This document shows, piece by piece, positions 58,809 through 64,000 of a stretch of DNA of 64,000 nt. Each line of letters starts with the position of its first letter. Positions within the stretch are counted from its first letter, which is position 1. The notes below the pieces were generated by a model, which did no database searches, was not told the origin of the DNA, and worked only from the letters and a program-made list of their open reading frames with translations. Location of the stretch: assembly GCA_964188305.1 (NCBI GenBank), contig OZ076889.1; one strand, given 5' to 3'. Origin of the DNA: Podarcis bocagei. Lineage: Eukaryota. Both the position numbers and the translations under genes were made by a program.

Positions 58809-61800
58809 CTAAGTGGTACAACCAAAAACACTATTAGTGAAAGTGAGTTTAGATTAGACAAAGAACACATGAAATATACAAAAAAAAAATGACATTAGGT
58901 TTTCACAATTATAAACTGTCAAAAGAAAAATTGCAGCATTATAGGAAGTTTGTTAATAAAGTTTAAATAATTAACTTTTAATGAATCAAAATCAACAAGT
59001 ATATATTTAAAAAAATGAACTTTTTGAATATATTATGCTTCAACTTAAGGTAGGTTTCCAGCACAGATTTATATCCACAGTTGTACTATCTGATAACAAT
59101 TGCTAGGTATCCATCAATTGCAGTTTAAAAATTAAATAAGGAGACAAACATCAGCTGCTTGGAAAGAAAGATTATTCCCTTTGCCACAAGTTAAAGCAAT
59201 AATTTGGAAGACCAGTAAAACTGAGTTTGGTTAAGGAAGAGCTCAGGGGTTTCTTTTTAAAAGGATTCCATATTTATGCCTACCAATACACTTTGCTTGG
59301 TTTCTAAGAGGACATACGGTATTTCAGAGAAGTTTCAAAAGCCTCAAAGAAAAGTCAAGATCATGTATACTTTTGCATCAGTCTAAAATATTCAGAATGC
59401 TACTTCCTTTACACTCTTGCTTCCCACAGATGTTATATCCAACAATGACCTATAAGCATGCAAGAGGCACTTAACCTATAATCTGGCCTCTTTCTGGTTC
59501 TTCTATTGCGATACTTTAGTACAGTTTGCATGAATGCTGTTTCACAATGCACCCCCCACCCTGCTTTCCCAATACCCTTGTGAGATAAAAAAATCCTTGA
59601 GAAAGATTCAAATGTTCTCCAGGACACAGTAATAATGCCCAACTGAAGTTCCTAGCAGTGACACTGCTATATCAGAAAATATAAGTGCTTAACTACTAAG
59701 TGCTAAATAATTTTGATTCATTTATGTCTACTCTTCTTTAATAACCAAGTATCAAAATCTCAGATCCAAGACTTCCTAATCCAGCGGTAAACTCTTGGGA
59801 ATATTACTGCGGGCATGGAGCTCCCTTTACAGAGGTGTTTTTTCCCCCAGAGTCAATGTACAACATTCCTATTGCATGGGTGGCTAAACTACCTGAATTG
59901 ACATACCAGGAGCTTGATGCATACCAGAGATCTGCTTGTATATGCATCTGCTTGCAGACGCTTTGCCAGCAACAACGGGTGCTGCTTTTTCCTGAAAATC
60001 CACTACTGGAACAAAACTAAACTCCCTTTATGTAGCTACAATTTTTTTTAATGGGATGAAATACAACATAAACTGAAATCTTTAAAGTAGGGGTGTAACA
60101 GAGTAACATTGCTCCGAAATCACTTCTGTCCTCCAAAATGGTGCAGCACCTCCACCTGGTTTAAGCCCTTCTTCACAGAAGGACACAAGGTTGTGACTTG
60201 AATAGCACAGTTCATTGTTCTTTGTTACCGTGAAAGGAGACCCACTTGCTAGACATTAGTCTGACAGTTCATGGGCTAACATTTATTTTTGTAGAACTCG
60301 ATGAAAAACAACTTTGGCATTATTTATCCAGTAATTTTACATACGTAGGAGATGACCAATTGCATATTTCCACAGTTTAGTGGCCATCACCTATCAAGCC
60401 CATACCACACACCATTCATTGGTGTGAGAACAGCATTGTAAATATCATTTTAAGCATCTCAGTTGTTTTATGAAATACTCCCAGGATAGGTAACATGAAG
60501 TGTCAAGCACCTTCAAATCCAATGTCTCCTACAGAAATTATCTGGCAGGGGAAACACCATGATTTTTTTAATATAAAAAAAAATATTGACAAAACAGCTC
60601 TGTCTTCAAAGTTCATTTTCCATTTACAGGCAGACAGTATCCTCTGACAGTGGATACTGGTAGTGAAATGGAACTTTCCACAATATGGCAGCTACAATGA
60701 TATACTAAGCCAGCAGAACTGTCAGTCTTCACTGTCAACATCACTCAGGATTGAAGCTTTAAACAAATTTACAGTATTTGTGGAATTGGGCCCAACATTT
60801 GGGCCCCTATTTTAGGTCATGAAGATTTTTTTTCTCGTGAGTTTCCTCTCTGCACACTGCAACAGTACAAAGCTATAGGACTTGGGAATATGCTTGAAAC
60901 CTTTTTCCTGGCAAAGCTTCTGTGGCTCATGAGTCTGGTTTTACTGTGCACTGTGACTCACCTCAGCTCATTTGACATTCCAAGTTATCACCAGCACTGG
61001 GTGTGTTAACTAGCATGGTGGCTTAAGTCTGAAAGTGACTTGAGCAGTTTCCAAAAGAAGAAGAAAAAAATGACTAGACTGCACAAAGAATATACCTTTG
61101 AAAATATTTACATTTCTGTACATTTACACATCACTGGAAGCTAAAAGGCCTTGGAATACAAATGAACATAGTACTGACAATTCTGGACACATTCTTTCCA
61201 GTAGAGCAAAAAAGGATAGTTCCTCTTCAAGTTTCATACAGTGGAACCATATGAAGATTCTAATTTTTTTATTTTAAAAAAAACAACCTTCTGAATAAAA
61301 ACGAACATTCTTCTTTCTGTAGCTACCCATGCTGGAAATACCTTAATTATTCTTGTACTTTCATTTTTGTACTCTCCATCCCCAATCTATTGCAACCCCT
61401 ATTCACATCTAGGTTTGCACTTTGGGAAATGAAAGCATAAACCAAGATTATTGTAGTAATATATTCAATATATTCCCAAATACTACTGGATAACAAATAC
61501 AAGTTTAGTAGGTTTGATGGGCAGCTTTTATGGCTCTGAGGAACCCAAAAGAATGTCAGTGATTCAACCTGTGGGCTGTTTAATAATCTCCAAGCATGCT
61601 CTCCAATGAACACAGCAAGGACATTTCCAACCAGCTTGGGTGGGGAGGGCAGAGGGGATATCTGCAGATTTATATAAGATTAGTAACAATTTACATTGGA
61701 GAAATGATAGGTTGGCGGGGGGGGGGGGGGATATGAATAGCACCACAATGAATTGCACTAAGGTGCTAAAGGAGGTACCTTATTCCCTGCAGAGTGAAGG

Positions 61801-62428
61801 CTCTAATTCTGAAACGTATTGCAGTAAATGAATGCAACTGTTTAAATGCTTACCATTTGGTTCATTCGTCTGCAGAAAATCAATTCCTTCTACTATATGC
61901 TCAATTTACTGAACAAATATTACAGAATTTACAATATATGAAAACAAAGCTCCAAGGAAGGTTATAAGAGCAGCTTAAGTAAGATGGGTATTTTAAAGGG
62001 CTAATAGCCAGGTAAGACATTTTAGTTCTTTATGCTAATGGTCCAAGGGTGCTTTTATTACCGAGAAACGTAAAAAAATTAAGAACAAATTACAGTCCTT
62101 ATAGCTGTTATGTAAGTTTTCGGGGGGGGGGCAGGGGGAACTTACTAAGGTGCCAGGCTATCATGCTTGCAGGTCTGGATGTATAAATGCATGTGACACA
62201 GCAGGAGACCAGCTTTCGTTTAGACACTAGGTGGATGCTTGCTATATGGTACAACTGACTGAGATTCACGGTGTGTTCCCTTTCTGGATTCATTTTAGCG
62301 AGTTCTGTCCCTTCGTACTTCACCCACTTTTAGACAGATGTCTGTGGGCTACCTGCATCCTCTCTCTCCCTGTCTCCTTGTGGCATGCTGGTATTTTCTT
62401 TTTATTTACTGCTAACTTTCCAGTTAAG

Positions 62429-62559
62429 TTAGAGATCAGGAAAGCGGCTAGGGTCCTCCTTGTAGTCATCAGGAATTGTGAAGATGGATTCATCAAACTC
62501 ATCATAGCGAAACTCCTGAAAAGTCACAGTGGCTGTGATGGTTGGAAATACAGGTATAT
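62429..62559 (-). CDS. ANKRD13C: ANKRD13C last coding exon
   Basis: DIPVFPTITATVTFQEFRYDEFDESIFTIPDDYKEDPSRFPDL-TAA; acceptor ttcttcctag. Confidence 0.93.
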
Positions 62560-63657
62560 CTAGGAAGAACAGAGCAAAGGATTGGGAGGTTAGAAAAGGC
62601 ACAATGCACAACGGAAAAGGGCATTTCTGTGGAAGAAAAGGATTCACCAGCCACTTGCTCAACTTCCTGGTAATCTGGCTGGAACAGCGTGTCAGAGGAG
62701 GGGTTGGGGGCAGAGTTTACAGTGGTTCTGGTCCTTTCTGGAGGGATATGTGTAAATTGTTTTTAACTTATTGTAAAGTAGCTTGAGATTGCCCTAAAGG
62801 GCAGAGTGAAAATATATTTTTAAAAATCTTCATTGTCCAACTCTGTTCACACTTCATGCAAATACTTGCACTCCTCACTGTTCTCATTTGTTAAGAAAAG
62901 AGCACAATGTTAGCCTCCAACCATGTTAAAGCACTGACAAACTCGGTGTAACTCTGTACCATCACAACACAGCAAATCCCTGGGCACTGACTGTGTGGCT
63001 TCTGTGTTTTCTATGACACCCGGTAAGCTTCTGCAGAAACTTTGGGTAGCAGGCAGACGAATTTTGTTCATGGGGGGTGACGTCTTGAAAACGGAATCAT
63101 TGCTTGTGGTGTATGTTCATCCCATTTTTGGATTTTGGATAAATAGTTCTGCAGGTTTTTGTGTATTTGGGAAAACCTACTAGCCTGCTTTATCAGAGGG
63201 GACAAGGCCCTAAGATATTAAACCATGTTTGCATCTCTTGCGAAATGCTGACTGTCTCCAGCCTTACTTACTCTATTGCCGCACTTCTCATTGGCCAAAA
63301 TAGTTTTGAAGTAAGACTATTAAGGAAACAAGTGATTTTCATGAGAAACTATGGGCATGCAGAAAAGGGTTAATCTCCCTTCCATATACACTGTATCTCC
63401 AAATGCTAAATGTGTTTCCTACGTTGCCTACTCAATAGGCAATAACTTCACTTTCTATTATTGTGTACTTTCCACTCAGTACACTATGAAATGGCATGCT
63501 AGTTTCACTCCAGCATCTGACTGTCCTCCTGCTAAAGCCTGAGTGACAGCCCACTGCATTTCTCACCACAAAGATTAAAAGGCTTTTCAATACAACCCAT
63601 GTTCTTGGCAGACCAGACAGTCCCTTTTAATTGATGAAATACACTTCGACAGCTCAC

Positions 63658-63758
63658 CTAACTTTACAGGAAAACCCGGTGGTAGTTTCATCTGCACAAA
63701 CTCCCGCAGTTTGTTAAAGTGCTTGAAGGGTGCAATTACTTCTAAAACATTCAATAAC
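63658..63758 (-). CDS. ANKRD13C: ANKRD13C penultimate coding exon (gene continues beyond window)
   Basis: LLNVLEVIAPFKHFNKLREFVQMKLPPGFPVKL; 101 nt; phase matches last exon. Confidence 0.93.
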
Positions 63759-64000
63759 CTGGGGGGGAAACACACACATGTAACAATTTCATCTCTTAGC
63801 AGCTTTAGGATTTACCCACACACTCCTAATCAGTGCACTGTAAGAAAAAGAGGTGTCATCTCAGCAAATCACTGCAAACTGAGCCAAGACACATGCCGAG
63901 GGAAAGATGCTATTGTTCATGGCCACTGATTCAAATCAAGTAATTATACTGAACCATTTTTGTTAGCACAATGCAGGTTAAGCAAGAGTAAGCTAAATAG

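Overview
Vertebrate genomic DNA, very probably from a lacertid or other squamate lizard given the Sauria-type SINEs and squamate CR1/MITE families. It covers the conserved syntenic block LRRC7(+) >< LRRC40(-) <> SRSF11(+) >< ANKRD13C(-). The window holds the last coding exon and long 3' UTR of LRRC7 (densin-180), the complete 15-exon LRRC40 CDS (604 aa), the complete 12-coding-exon SRSF11 CDS (457/458 aa, NAGNAG acceptor) and the last two coding exons plus 3' UTR of ANKRD13C. All exon boundaries were read by hand as GT-AG with consistent phases. LRRC40 and SRSF11 are head-to-head across a CpG-rich promoter. LRRC40 introns are packed with MITEs, SINEs and LINE fragments. The most interesting signal is SRSF11 coding intron 2 (40976-45171): it shows no recognisable TEs and carries about five candidate cassette exons, including an in-frame 18-nt microexon whose alternative donor converts it into a poison exon, a 17-nt frameshifting microexon next to an RNA hairpin, and 58-nt and 105-nt PTC exons. 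A further PTC/polyA exon lies in intron 4. Two LRRC40 acceptors appear to take their branch point and pyrimidine tract from the same position of CR1 3' tails, and a split MITE suggests a micro-inversion. Two assembly gaps fall inside the regulatory intron. No alignments or database searches were run; gene and repeat names rest on recognition.
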